Of a stretch of DNA of 64,000 nt, positions 36,846 to 50,225 are shown piece after piece. The notes beneath the pieces are model-generated. The model searched no databases. It worked only from the letters and a program-made list of their open reading frames with translations, and had not been told where the DNA came from. The DNA comes from Octopus bimaculoides (lineage: Eukaryota): assembly GCF_001194135.2 (NCBI RefSeq), contig NC_068982.1:4267682-4331681 (forward strand), in the 5' to 3' direction. How positions within the stretch are numbered: position 1 is the first letter of the stretch; the number at the start of each line of letters is the position of its first letter. Made by a program: the position numbers and the translations under genes.

Positions 36846-38504
36846 GATCCTAGTGAATGGAGACTCTTTATAGAGAGTTCAAAGAAGAGTCTAAAATGTG
36901 CATTACCCTATAATGGAAACTTGCTCGGTGCGCTTCTTATTGGTCACTCTGTGCACTTAAAAGAGAATTATGTTTACACAAAAGTTGTATTAGATTTACT
37001 TAAGTATGATGAACAAAAATTGGTCATATGTGTGGATCTAAAAATGGTCAAGCTTTTACATGGCCAACACGAAGTGTATACAAAATATCCGTGTTTCCTG
37101 TGTTTATGGGATAGCCAAGCAAGAGACAAACATTGGGAAAAGAAACTCTGGCCAGTTAGGAAAAGTTTGACTGTTGGAAAGAAGAACATCATACACCAAA
37201 CACTTATTGAGCGGGAGAAAATTATCTTTCCATCCCTTCATATTAAACTAAGACTAATGAAATAATTTGTCAAAGCTCTTAATGTGGAGAGTAACTGTTT
37301 CAAATTCATATGTACATTTCCTGGCCTAAGTTATGATAAAATAACCATTGGTGTTTTTCATGGGCCACAAATCAGAAAGTTAACGAAATGCCAGAGTTTC
37401 TCGAGCTTGATGGCTGACATAGAAAAAAGAACATAGAATTCATTTGTGACTGTTGTGAAGGGACTTTTGGGAGAGTGAAAAGGCTGCAAACTACAAGGAT
37501 TTGGTGGAGACATTACTTGATAGTTTTCATCTTTTAGGTTGCAACATGAGCATAAAGTTTCGTTTTCTCAATAGCCATCTCGATGAATTTCCTGCTAATC
37601 TCAGAGACGTGAGTGATGAGCATGGTGATCGTTTTCATCAAACGATCAAGATTATAGAGGAGAGACATCAAGGCCAGTGGAACACACACATGACGGCAGA
37701 CGACTGCTGGAGAATTCAAAGAGCCTATGCAGACATGAAATACTCCACATGCTTTCGAAAGCGGAAATTTGTTCCATGAATATGAAGGTATATTTATGAT
37801 GGTTTGTGCTTTATCTATCATATTAGAAAATTAACAGAATGTTAAAGGTGATGCTATCTTACATTTCATATTCTATTGACATTTATATTCTATTGACATT
37901 TATACAGTACATCATAAAATAGGGGTATGCTATAGAATGAAAACCTGAGGTGTTAAGAAAAAAATGGATGCCATATTTGAAATCAGCATCTCAAATTTAA
38001 CTAAAAGCAAAAAGTGTCGACCAGTGGGTTTAGTTAAAAGTAAATCTGAAGAAAAATTCCATTACCTTATCAATAAATGTATCGTTAGTTTAAATTTACT
38101 GCAAGCTTTTCTTCGTTTCCGGACAGGATGTAAAACATTCTAGATTCAAGAATATATACCAAATTTTCTTGGAATATCTTAAGAAAGTAATATGCTGAAA
38201 AATCTTCTAGAATCTTTATTCAGAGACTAACCAGGAATGGTCTTCTTCATATCCGTAATATCTTCAATATGCATCTCCCATTCCAACTGCTTCACCTGAA
38301 AGTAAAAATAAAATGAATTAAGAATTGAAAATTTGATTGTTATGTATGTTTTCCTAAATAATTCTTCGGACTGGACATCAACTGGTTTACGGTTCCTTGC
38401 TTACAATGATCACATCTCCGCACTGTATGATCCATTGAAAATTATTATTCCTAAGAACCTGTAACATTCCACAGCGGATATCGGAGAAATAACGAGGTAA
38501 GTAG

Positions 38505-39200
38505 CATTTTTCTTTGAGTATCAGTTTTGTTTTTGCTTGTATTAACTAGCTTGATATGCTTATGATTCCGTTTACAGCTGATAAAAGTTCACTTTGTGTA
38601 CCATTATCAGGCAATCACGTCCTTTTCTTGTGCTGTTCTATCATGAAGTTTTGGGATCACAATCTCAACAGCCCCTTCATTGATGTTCATATGTTCTGGG
38701 TTTTATATTGAGACAATATTTGTTGTGGGTTTCTCGTACTCATCCTGCCCTCTCACCTCATTCTCGAGTTTTCTTTAGAATGACTCTGGATATCCTTCTT
38801 GGAAAGGAGTTGCTTTGATATTTATGGATTGTTCCCTCATGTCTCTGTAGATTTCTGATTGGTTTCCATTGAATTTCTTCTTAATCATTTTACTTTTAGC
38901 AGCTCTCTTCAGATATCAGAGTTTTCACTGACTTTAATATCTTTAATATCTCCAAACATTTAAAAGAAAAATTTTTTTCACTCTTTGTTGGTGGAGACTA
39001 TATTGGTCTGTTCGTATGTGATAAGCTACACGATATGACTGAAAGTTTTCCGAAGTGTTTCGGACTTAGAGGTTTCCGTAGTTTTTCAAACTGACAGTTT
39101 CCCGTATATTGGAGATCCGTTTCCCCATTTTCAGCTATGGCACATTTTATTGTCTCGCCTTTCTTCCATCTGTATCACCAAAGTGTTCTTCAGTTATTGA
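38505..39200 (-). pseudogene. R4/Dong-like RT N-terminal remnant
   Basis: KFNGNQSEIYRDMREQSINIKATP...AVEIVIPKLHDRTAQEKDVIA...QAKTKLILKEK, resembling the pre-RT region of RLE elements. Confidence 0.55.
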
Positions 39201-39419
39201 TAGGGCATATAAACTAGCGCTAATTTGCAAAAATAAGGAGTGAAGGCTCTACATTGTAAATATATCTCCTTCGCTTCCGTTAAACGTTGTTAGAGTCAGT
39301 ACACTTGCATTTTTATTTACTCTTGTCAAACGCTGTCTTTTATGAAGGAGTTATTTTTAAAAGTGGAATAGTCTTCTCTCGAAAAATTCCATTGAAAATA
39401 TCCTTGGAATGTTTAAACA

Positions 39420-40178
39420 CTTCGTTCTGTCAATGAATGGAATATTTTCACATTTTTACTGTTGTTGCTAAATTCACTCACAGCATGTTGGCACTCAGCT
39501 GGAGTATGGGCCAACATAGAGCGGTAAGCTTGGTTGCCAGGCAGCCTAGGAGTAGCAGAGATCATTGTTGAGACTATGAAGCTGTGACCAGCAGGAAGGG
39601 GGCATAGCAAGCATTCTGACTGCGTCTGCACGCCGGGATTGCCCACCACATCTTTGAACAAGGTCTTAGGTTCAATTCAGATGGTTATGTGAAGATGCTG
39701 GAGACTGTGGCCAATCCCTGGCTGAAGAGGATTGTTGCGAGAAGGCTATTTATGTGACAGTAGAATTCGGCCCTTTGCCATACCTCCAGAAATGATAAGT
39801 GGTGGTCGGAGAATTTCTACGACTTTACCAGCTCCAATTTCTGGCTCCTAATTCCCCGATTGCAATCCCATAAACTACCATGTGTGGGGCACGGTTAAAA
39901 AAGATATCAACAGCTGTTCCTGAAATACCAATGCCGATATGATGGTCAGCATCAAGCAGGTGTTCGGAGAATGTCTTGGGGAGGAACGCATGCGCTTGGC
40001 TCCGGAGCCATCTTGAGGCCGTGGCGGAAGTTGAGGGTGGCTACTTTGAGGAAACTGTTATCTCCCGACCATAGTCCAGTTGGCATATTTTGATTTGTAA
40101 AATACCTTTATGTTTAGATGGGATATCGTGTTTTCGTTTCCTTTTATGCAAACTGTCAAATTTACCGTGAGCACCCTG
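39420..40178 (+). mobile_element. maT (DD37D)-like Tc1/mariner, deleted derivative
   Basis: PHIFEQGLRFNSDGYVKMLETV...WLPNSPD...EGGYFE; right TIR ends gagcaccctg then TA. Confidence 0.75.
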
Positions 40179-41475
40179 TACATTATCGTAGTAACTGCTA
40201 TTGTAAGTCACATGATCACATTCCTATCTCGATGGAATGGAGTTCTAAAATCTACAATAATTGAACCCAGAACGCAAGATATGGCCAAAAATGTAATGAA
40301 GCAAATTTTTCCCATTGATTTAAAGATAACGAATGCCGCGTGCTTTTATACATAAAATTAAATTTACAGAAGAAAATAATAACACGTATTTTGATGGAAA
40401 AATCCATGTAAAAGACTTTCACACAAAACGTAACACATGATGTTGGAAAGGCTTCCTATTAAAACAATAATATAACAAAATATTTTCGAAAAAAGTTTAA
40501 ACCGAACCGTGAAGATTAAGAAATAATGCTACGAGGATAATGTATTTAATGACCAAAAGAAAAGAAAATGTTATCGATCTGAAGTCGTGACGCAGTAAAA
40601 ATCTCTTTAAAATACATTTTTTTGTTGTAATAAGCAAGAAATTAACACTAAAACACAATACCAACTTGAATTAACCCTATAATGCCCAAAAGGATCAATA
40701 TGCAAGGAAACATATATTGGATATTTTCAGCTTATTAAAGAGGAAGGAATATGATTTATCTAATACATAAAATATTCTTAAATATATGGTTTCGCGTGTT
40801 TCACTCCTTTCACAGCGTATATGTTCGATCATCGCCTTAAGGTTTTGCCGATCATATCAATGCCAATGCTTAATTCAGCCTGACACGTATTTTATCGATT
40901 TGTATCATTAAATTACGAAACATAAAGGAACATAACGCGAATAACAAAAGCATACAAATATTACACACACATAAATATATATATATGAGATCTCTTCAAC
41001 GATGGAACTGACAACTACTTTCATCTAATTATATTTCTTAATTTTTCGACGATGGGGTTGGTAACTATTAATATCCTTTATTAAGGATATTCCTTAATTC
41101 TTTCCCTCTGAAGACGGTAACTTTGATATATAGGGAAGTCTTTGCTCAGTGGCCTATGCACAATATGCACAATTATTCTAAAAACAATTGCATCATTTCT
41201 TAATCCTTTATTACTCTAATAACTCTGCAATTTTGTTTGAATTATAAATTACATGCTCTAAAGTGATACGACATATTTTGCTTGTTTATTCTTTCATTCT
41301 AATATATATATATATTTGCACGTTCAATGATGAACAACTTATAGCCAATCATTACTAGGACACTACAACACCACTTTTGCTTTAGTTGAAATTCAAGGCG
41401 GAGATTTAGTGGTAAACCAACTCGAACATTCATCGTACATGTCTATTACATTATGTCTATAGACGGAATTTAAAT

Positions 41476-41478
<3 letters not shown>

Positions 41479-41552
<74 letters not shown>
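41479..41552. repeat. (CA)n microsatellite
   Basis: Direct reading. Confidence 0.97.
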
Positions 41553-41557
<5 letters not shown>

Positions 41558-42555
41558 TATATATGCATATATATGTATATATGTATATATGTATATGTAT
41601 ATATATATGTAGCAGACATTATTGTATGGATATAAAAAGGCGGGAAGGACAGTCCTATGAAGTTAAATATTTTCAATGTATTTTATGCCTCACAAGAAAT
41701 GCAAGCACTCACACACAGATGTGTACATGAACGCACAGAAGCACTGACGCACACTCAAGGAGATAGTTGCTTTGATTTCCTGGAACTCTCTTCAGTTCCA
41801 GACCAAAATAGAGCAAATGCTTGGTGTCAGTTTGGATCAGTTCCAAATGAGAAAATGTGATAATCTGAAGAAGCAAGATATTCTCTACAATCGATATACA
41901 ATTGAAGAAACGGCAGTTCTTTTCCCTGCAGAATAAAGTACAGTTGTGTGCACTTGTATAGGCATCATCAGCACAGCATTTGTCTCCATTAGCTCCGGCA
42001 GACGGGATCCTTAAAGACAGCAATGGCCGATGGAATTTGCATAAACGAAACGACAATGCGCTAAGAGGACCAACTCGAAGTCAGCAGTGACAAGTTTTAA
42101 AGAGATAGAGATGCATTAGATGGCATGCAAGGTTTCATATATATATATATATATATATATANNNNNNNNNNNNNNNNNNNNNNNNNNNNNNNNNNNNNNN
42201 ATATATATAGTGGATTTAAGCGATGATGTAATCTACGAATGCATCCATAAAATGCTACCGAAACAGCTGTAGAAAATTTTAGATCCCCCATCTGTGTTCT
42301 TTTGTACTTACGTCACTCCTGAGTCGAATCTACGGTTTATTTAAGATTTGGTACATGCAGTTCAGTACCAACAAACGACAGCTTACTGTTGCTTTATCTG
42401 TGAACCCAAAGTAATGATATCTAGCCGGTCTTGGCATCTTAGGCATTGGTGTGCCTAAATTCTAATGAATCTTGTAACTAATGTATATACATGTATGTGC
42501 GTGTGCGTGTGTATGCGCGCATGTGTGCATGTGCATGTGTGTGTGTATGTGTGTA

Positions 42556-42607
<52 letters not shown>

Positions 42608-42934
42608 TGTGCTTGTATGTGTGTTTATGTAATTATGAACGTATGTGCATGGCTGTGTGTGTGATAAAACATATAATTTAATAGTGAAGATAATGTATTT
42701 TATTAAGATAAAATTCTAACAATGGTGAAACGTGCGTAGGGAAAACATGAAAATAAATTAACTAAATGTGTTTATCGTATTTCCTCCTATTTTCGCTCTG
42801 AATATCATAAACAGTAATACTACTAAGTAAAGCAGGAACCAGACCGGTTTACTGAAACTAGACTGGACAATTATCCTCTATGTACAGCTCTAAATTCACT
42901 AGTATCAGTCGTACTTAAACTTACACACAAGAAC

Positions 42935-42980
<46 letters not shown>

Positions 42981-43055
42981 GTGGGTGTGTGTATATATAT
43001 GTTTGTATGTGTGTGTATGTATAATTATATACATAATTACACACATACATATATT

Positions 43056-43101
<46 letters not shown>

Positions 43102-43113
43102 NNNNNNNNNNTT

Positions 43114-43161
<48 letters not shown>

Positions 43162-44451
43162 CATATATGTGTGTCAGTGTCAGTGTGTAAGTGTGTGTGT
43201 GTAAATGTGCGTATGAGATGTCAATAATTGACCATCTCCTGACAGATATCCTAATTGCTCGCATGCAATAACATTGTTCAAAGGTAAACAATCCTTAGAT
43301 CTCCGCAAGCTTTCAATTTTATCGCGTTCTTGTAATAAGTGGAATGTGTTGGAAGCAGTAAGAATTATTAGTTGGTTAAATCTGATCTGATATGTTGATT
43401 TTCAAATGTGAAAAAGCAAAAAAAAAAAAAAAAATCCCATCCAAAACAAAGTACAAAAAAAAGAAAAAAAAATTCCCCAAAATTAAAAGAAAGAAGGAAA
43501 TATTTGTCAGGAACTAAATGACTAGAAATAAAAAAAGACCCCTTTTGGTTTTTTGTTTTATTAGTGGTTTACTTGCTGCAAAACATTCTTTTTGCATAAT
43601 TGATGAAATTAAGCGCAATATATTGCTTGTACTAATTTTATTACTGTAAACCCGCGAAAAGTAAATTCTACACGGAAAATTTGAACTTGGACATAAAAAG
43701 ATATAATTGGAGACTGCAAAGCATTTGATCTCGTAACGTACCATTATTAACAGCGATCTTTCCTTTATATATGGAAAATGTTCATAACAAACGAATATAT
43801 TTTTTTAATGTTGAGGATTCAAATGAACTTTTCATAATATCAAGATTTTGTATGTCAATTTAAAGGGTCATTATTTCAAGAAAATATGCATTTAATAATA
43901 AGTGTTTGTAGTTTTTTAAACTGGGTATTAAAAGAAGTGTTGATATCGTTAATTTCTCGAAGTATACAAAGGAATAAAGAGAAGGAAAATCAAAGTAGAT
44001 GTAGTTCATTGATTCTACAAGTAACATAAAATGCCTTCAAATATACGCATAGAAGAAAGCAATCAAGTGCACCAATTCATTGCACCGAGAAGAAAGCGAG
44101 AAAATTTAAAAATTGCAGATCTAAGGAGTGTTAACGTTTGAACAACATTATTGCTTGCAAGTTATTAGGATATCTGACAGTGGTCGCACCATTATATATA
44201 TATANNNNNNNNNNNNNNNNNNNNNNNNNNNNNNNNNNNNNNNNNNNNNNNNNNNNNNNNNNNNNNNNNNNNNNNNNNNNNNNNNNNNNNNNNNNNNNNN
44301 NNNNNNNNNNNNNNNNNNNNNNNNNNNNNNNNNNNNNNNNNNNNNNNNNNNNNNNNNNAAAAAAGAAGTAAGTGGAAATTTTACCGGTGAGTGTGTTAAA
44401 TTGTAAGGCACTAAAAGCGAATGACTCTCCCTAGACACAACAGAATATATA

Positions 44452-46158
44452 TCAATGTCACTACCTCCCTGCTCGCAGACCTGGGAATTCTTCTATTCTG
44501 CTGCCAGTTGTCGTAGACGTTGGTCAGCATGTGCTCGAACAAGTCTGGCATACTTTTGTAAAACTCATAGGGTAGACCATCAAGACCCGGCGACTTCTCA
44601 CCGGGGCACTCGGATAGCGCCTCGATCTCCTCTGCAGCTGTAATCGGCCCCTTACAGTACTCAGCTTCTCGTGCCGAGAGATGCGGGTCACCAGCCAGAA
44701 AGTCCTGTAAGGCCTCACCATGGTCTAGCGTCCCTCTCCTCCCGAACAACTCGGCGATGTGATTGGAAAGTGCATCACACATCTCATCCTGTCCTTTGAC
44801 CAAACGTCCATTTTCATCAACCAAAAGACCTGATTATGGCATCGTTGCCACACTGGGTCTCTACCATACTGGCCCACCCGGCAACATTAATTCCCTCGCA
44901 GCCCAATGCACGTACTGTAGCCCGAACCCTGCATCCCTCATGTTTGGCTTAGAGGTGACGGTCCAAGGCCGTTTTCGCTGCCAGAATTTGGGATGCAGAG
45001 CCCAATCTCACCGCCTCTTCTAAAGCCTTAAGTAGGTTCCCTTCTATCCTAGCCTTATCTAAACTTAGCTGACGGCTAAATCTGACAGACTCAAAATGTA
45101 TACCGGTTGATGCCCTTTTTACTAACTCCTTAATCCGGTTGCGGTATGCCTCACATGCCAAAATAGACTTGTTCAGTTTCCAGTAGCCGGATCCCTGTCT
45201 ATGGGCACTATCTATGTTCATCCTACACTTAACCATGTTATGGTCAGTGTAGGCGACTTGAACTAAATGTGGACAGCTAAAGCTAGATTTATCTCTAATC
45301 CTTATAACTAGCCTGTCTAAATAAGACTTGAGCTTCTCGTCGCCATTCATCCAGGTCCACATTGGGACGCTCGGGTTTTCAAGTCTGTAACGATCTGCCA
45401 GCTGAAAACGCTTAAGCAGATCGATGAGGCGTGAGTTAACACTCCTACCAGTCGAGCCACAGCTATCCAGGCGTGCATCCAGGATAGTATTGTAGTCTTC
45501 TAACACAACTAATGTCTTGGACGTCACGAGAAAGTTCTCTAGGCACCGATAGAAATCAGTTTGCTGCCTTCTTGCACAAGATGCATAAAAACCGATCAAC
45601 CTGAAGGCCTTACTGCTGTATGTCACGTCGAGATAAATTAGTAAGAAACACACGAAAAAAAAGACGTAGGTTTCCCTACACAGTTCCAAATTTTTTCTTT
45701 TGTAAGCAATATAAGTTCAAATCCCACCCCTGTCAGGGGGAGGGGCGCAGCTCAACGAAGCCAAAAACAACTGAAAAACAGTTTTTTTCCCCAAAAGAAA
45801 AAAGTATAGGCTTCCTTTTTTTTCTCAGTTCAAAAATTAATTCCTCGCAAGAGGAACAACAGCTCAAATCCCACCACTATTTGGGGGCGGGGCGCAGCTC
45901 AACAATGCCTACAAAGGCCAAATAATAACAACGTGTACTTCGTTAAAAATCCAGCGAATAAATAAATGCCAAAAGGCCACAGAAATTTTTCTATTCCCGG
46001 TATACCGGGAAATAATATACAGTTCAACAACACCTGCAAACAGACAGCAGTTCAACAATAAAAGTTTTTCACAATAATTCACAACAAATAACAAAATTTC
46101 AACAGAAAAGCAATAACTTACAGCGCACAGAAAAAAACACGAACGACGTCGTTAAACC
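44452..46158 (-). mobile_element. Tx1/L1-group LINE: 5' UTR fused to APE endonuclease and RT N-terminus
   Basis: FRLIGFYAS...LEDYNTILD...WTW...SYLDR...TDHNMV...GSGYWKLN; then GPITAAE...KSPGLDGLPYEFY; UTR 45627-46158 partly shared with 62141-62440. Confidence 0.88.
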
Positions 46159-46196
46159 GGAAGCAAGTTTCTTATCACACAGCCACTCCTGCGCAC
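46159..46196 (-). mobile_element. SINE family B head fragment
   Basis: gcgcaggagtggctgtgtgataagaaacttgcttcc on the minus strand. Confidence 0.7.
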
Positions 46197-46893
46197 TGCA
46201 TCGCAGCACAATTTGTTTGGTAAAACAAATATTCTGCTTAACAATCTTGTGTGATTACACACATCTACCTATGTACATGTATATATATATATATATATNN
46301 NNNNNNNNNNNNNNNNNNNNNNNNNNNNNNNNNNNNNNNNNNNNNNNNNNNNNNNNNNNNNNNNNNNNNNNNNNNNNNNNNNNNNNNNNNNNNNNNNNNN
46401 NNNNNNNNNNNNNNNNNNNNNNNNNNNNNNNNNNNNNNNNNNNNNNNNNNNNNNNNNNNNNNNNNNNNNNNNNNNNNNNNNNNNNNNNNNNNNNNNNNNN
46501 NNNNNNNNNNNNNNNNNNNNNNNNNNNNNNNNNNNNNNNNNNNNNNNNNNNNNNNNNNNNNNNNNNNNNNNNNNNNNNNNNNNNNNNNNNNNNNNNNNNN
46601 NNNNNNNNNNNNNNNNNNNNATATATATATATATATACATATATGGTTAATGTTTACAAGTACACCGAAAAAATCGACCTTTTTTTTTTGAAATTTTTTC
46701 AGCGGAATCCTATGTTTTCGATGACAGAGATTCTGTATATGCCAAAAACTATGTTTTCAAAATTTTCAATTCCCCCTCCCCACCCCAAATTTTAAAACTT
46801 CAACTCACAATGCACACATAATAAATATATATATATGCATATATACACACACACATACATGTAGACATTTATACATATAAAGGAATATATATA

Positions 46894-48134
46894 CAGGACA
46901 CATTTTTGGGTCATTGCTTCATTTTTTGCTAATTTTGCATAATCTCTGCATAATGGCAGATCCTAAGCTTAATCAAGAAAGGAAGAGCCATGCTGTTATT
47001 GTGGCTATAAAGGCTGAGCATAGCGATTTAGTAACATCTCGATTTTTTGAAGTTGCCAGATCTTTTGTCTACAAAGTTTGTAAAGAACTAGAGACTGAAG
47101 ATGGGAACGTATCACCAGTATCAAAGCACAAAAAGCAAGCATTCTACACGTTGTAAAATCATCAGAACACCTGAATTTATCCAGTAAGTTCAACAGACCG
47201 TTGATTACAATCTCAAAAAGTCCATAAGGTCAATTGAAAAAGATCTACATGTATAAGAAGGAACAGTCGGAAATGTCCACGAAGACATCAGATATAAGTC
47301 TCATATGATGAGGAAAGGTCAATTTGTGAAAAAAAAAAAAGCACAAGAAAATCACCACATGAGATCTAAAAGGCTCTTAAACAAACTGAAGAATCCAGCA
47401 GAAAATTTGATTTGGTTTCACTCAAACGACAAAAACTTCGACCAAAATCAAAAAGTTAACAGAAGAAATGACAAATGATTATGTGCAGGCCCTTTTGAAG
47501 TTCCAAGTGTTATGCATTCAAAATTTCCTGCGACTGTCATTGTTTTAGGATTTGTCAGCAATGAAGGACATGTGATGCCTCCTTACTTCTTTCTACAAGA
47601 CCTTAGAGTTAACTCTACCGCCTACATAGAAGCCCCGGAAATAATTGTTAAGCCCTGGATAGACACAGTGTATGCAATGAAAGACCATATGTATTTCAGT
47701 AAGACTCTGCACTATCACACATGGCTCAAGTATCACAGGAATGAATGGCTGAAAATTTTAATGATCACATAACCCCTAACATCTAGCCTCCTAATTCCCC
47801 AGATCTCAATCCGTTGGACTATTATATGCGGCGCGTTGTTGAGTGAGAGGTCAATGAATATGCCTATAACATCAAAGATTCTTTGAAAGCTGCCATAGTC
47901 AGAGTAATGTCCAAAATGAACCAGGACAACTGGATTTGAGCATGTAAATGATTTAGATCTCATATGGAAGCAGTTGTTGAAGCTGAAGGTGACTTTATTG
48001 AATAACATTATAGAAACGAAGGTTTATTTTTATCCTCGTAGCATTTTTTGATAAATAAAGTTATTATCTGTTATTATATATCTGTTTTTTTCCTTATAAA
48101 CATAACTCGGTCCTCAAATATCTTACGCAACCTG
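46894..48134 (+). mobile_element. maT (DD37D)-like Tc1/mariner transposon, near full length, decayed
   Basis: MADPKLNQERKSHAVIVAIKA; HSKFPATVIVLGFVSNEGHVMPP; PNSPDLNPLDY; EAEGDFIE; TA-CAGG and CCTG-TA ends. Confidence 0.85.
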
Positions 48135-48379
48135 TATATACAGAGGTAGATAAATGTAATCACACATGATTATTAAGCAGAGTACTTGTTTTACCAAACA
48201 AATTTTGCTTTCGTGAAATTTAAATGCTAGTCTGAGACTGGAGCATTTCAAATCAGGAGAAGCAGCATAAATTACTTGAGAATAACTATTAGCACATAAA
48301 GAATTCGGAAGAAAAAATTAACAGAGATATGTTCCCTGTAAAAAAAAGTATCGCTCAAGAAGATTCAGAGAGAGAAGGT

Positions 48380-48380
<1 letters not shown>

Positions 48381-48472
<92 letters not shown>
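48381..48472. repeat. (AG)n microsatellite
   Basis: Direct reading. Confidence 0.98.
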
Positions 48473-48475
<3 letters not shown>

Positions 48476-48792
48476 ATAACATTAAATAAATGATAACGGG
48501 AATAGCATAACATTTTTATTGCATAGCGTAACAGTGAAATACCAGCGATTAAAACTACTCAGCAACTTACTAATATAACGAATAAAATGAATAGAAATGA
48601 ATAGAGGCAGGAAACAGCGACCGAATCCAATCAATTAAATCGCAACAAACAAGGAAAATATATAATTACACCCGCTGTCTTTGTTAAAAGAAAATTTATA
48701 CAATGTAAAACATGTTCACTGGGAATTACACACTCGCGCATGCACACTCTCATTTATATATATTAATCTCTGTCCATTTCTCTGTCTCTGTC

Positions 48793-48859
<67 letters not shown>

Positions 48860-49367
48860 NNNNNNNNNNNNNNNNNNNNNNNNNNNNNNNNNNNNNNNNN
48901 NNNNNNNNNNNNNNNNNNNNNNNNNNNNNNNNNNNNNNNNNNNNNNNNNNNNNNNNNNNNNNNNNNNNNNNNNNNNNNNNNNNNNNNNNNNNNNNNNNNN
49001 NNNNNNNNNNNNNNNNNNNNNNNNNNNNNNNNNNNNNNNNNNNNNNNNNNNNNNNNNNNNNNNNNNNNNNNNNNNNNNNNNNNNNNNNNNNNNNNNNNNN
49101 NNNNNNNNNNNNNNNNNNNNNNNNNNNNNNNNNNNNNNNNNNNNNNNNNNNNNNNNNNNNNNNNNNNNNNNNNNNNNNNNNNNNNNNNNNNNNNNNNNNN
49201 NNNNNNNNNNNNNNNNNNNNNNNNNNNNNNNNNNNNNNNNNNNNNNNNNNNNNNNNNNNNNNNNNNNNNNNNNNNNNNNNNNNNNNNNNNNNNNNNNNNN
49301 NNNNNNNNNNNNNNNNNNNNNNNNNNNNNNNNNNNNNNNNNNNNTATATATATATATATATATATAT

Positions 49368-49930
49368 CGTAATATATATTTGCCAACTAAATGTGGCGGT
49401 CTCATAGAGGACGATGTTACTGTTGTTTTTAGCCCCTGGAAGACATCTCCTCCAGCTGTCTAACGACACGCTGTCTAACGACACGCTGTCTGTGTCCGAT
49501 TAGTATTTGGGACCACCACATTTAGTTGGCAAATATATTTTACGATTCCGTAATGTTACTGTTTACCTCTCGCTCAGAGATTTAATATAGCTTATTTCTC
49601 CTTTTTCGAGATCAGCGACAATTTGTCGCTGGAAAAAGCATATAATATCTTGCGAATCGAATGAGTTTTCATCACACACTGAAGACGGGTAACTAACCAG
49701 AAACTCGGGTTTGTGTTTATCACGTAAGGGTAGAAATGAGAGCGATGACCTCCTCCTCGCAAATACTAATCGGACATAGATAGTGTGTCGTTAGCCAGCT
49801 GGGAGATGTCTTCCTGGGGCTAAAAATGACAGTAACATCGTCTTCTATGGGACTGCCACATTTACTTGGCAAACATATTTTACGATTCCATACTGTTACT
49901 ATTTATCTCTCGCTCAGATTTAATATAGCT
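49368..49930 (+). mobile_element. HHR-bearing repeat: inverted 5' arm plus permuted 1.25-mer (period 340 nt)
   Basis: 49511-49592 repeats at 49851-49930; 49368-49508 is the reverse complement of ~49762-49883; flanked by (TA)n. Confidence 0.85.
49674..49716 (+). ncRNA. Type I HHR-like motif (core intact, GUU site)
   Basis: ACACA CTGAAGA CGGGTAACTAACCA GAA ACTCGGGT T TGTGT. Confidence 0.78.
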
Positions 49931-49955
49931 ATATAAATAACTATATATATATAGC

Positions 49956-50027
<72 letters not shown>

Positions 50028-50087
50028 TATAAAAATTAAAAGATAAAGAGAGCAATGGTAAGGTTGGAAAGGTATTTTATGGATAGA

Positions 50088-50136
50088 GTCTTACAGCTGT
50101 TTCTGGGAAGATCCAGTATTTCCCTTCATCGGAGAC
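50088..50136 (-). ncRNA. Type I HHR-like motif, family 2 (U4C change)
   Basis: GTCT CCGATGA A GGGAA-loop-TTCCC A GAA ACAGCTGT A AGAC. Confidence 0.7.
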
Positions 50137-50225
50137 AGAAAAATACCCTCCTCAACGTTAAACTAATACATCTGTTTGTTGTTTACACACCCGTCTTCGT
50201 CTTTTGTTTTTGTTTTTGTAAATTC

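Larger units (their letters stand above)
34984..38026 (+). mobile_element. Chapaev-like (CMC superfamily) DNA transposon, decayed
   Basis: CACTG...CAGTG termini; FCYICRCF...GDQDKSWAPHNVCKP, YDPSEWRLFIESSKKSLKC, YTKYPCFLCLWDS, LHIKL, VSDEHGDRFHQ motifs; many stops. Confidence 0.8.

Noticed and set aside
41103-41137. TCCCT CTGAAGA ... AGGGA
   Set aside because: Stem I is plausible but GAAA and the UH register are missing
41760-41990. Coding-looking stretch (TKIEQMLGVSLDQFQMRK...) and an 8-bp hairpin
   Set aside because: No recognisable homology or consistent splice pair; minus-strand CTGATGA/CTGAAGA lack HHR geometry
42230-42275. CCGAAACAGCTGTA half-motif
   Set aside because: 3' half matches family 2, but there is no CUGANGA or stem I; too decayed to call
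46140-46196. Tx1 target specificity for SINE heads
   Set aside because: Only one junction is in a SINE; the putative 5' end near 63050 has an unrelated flank
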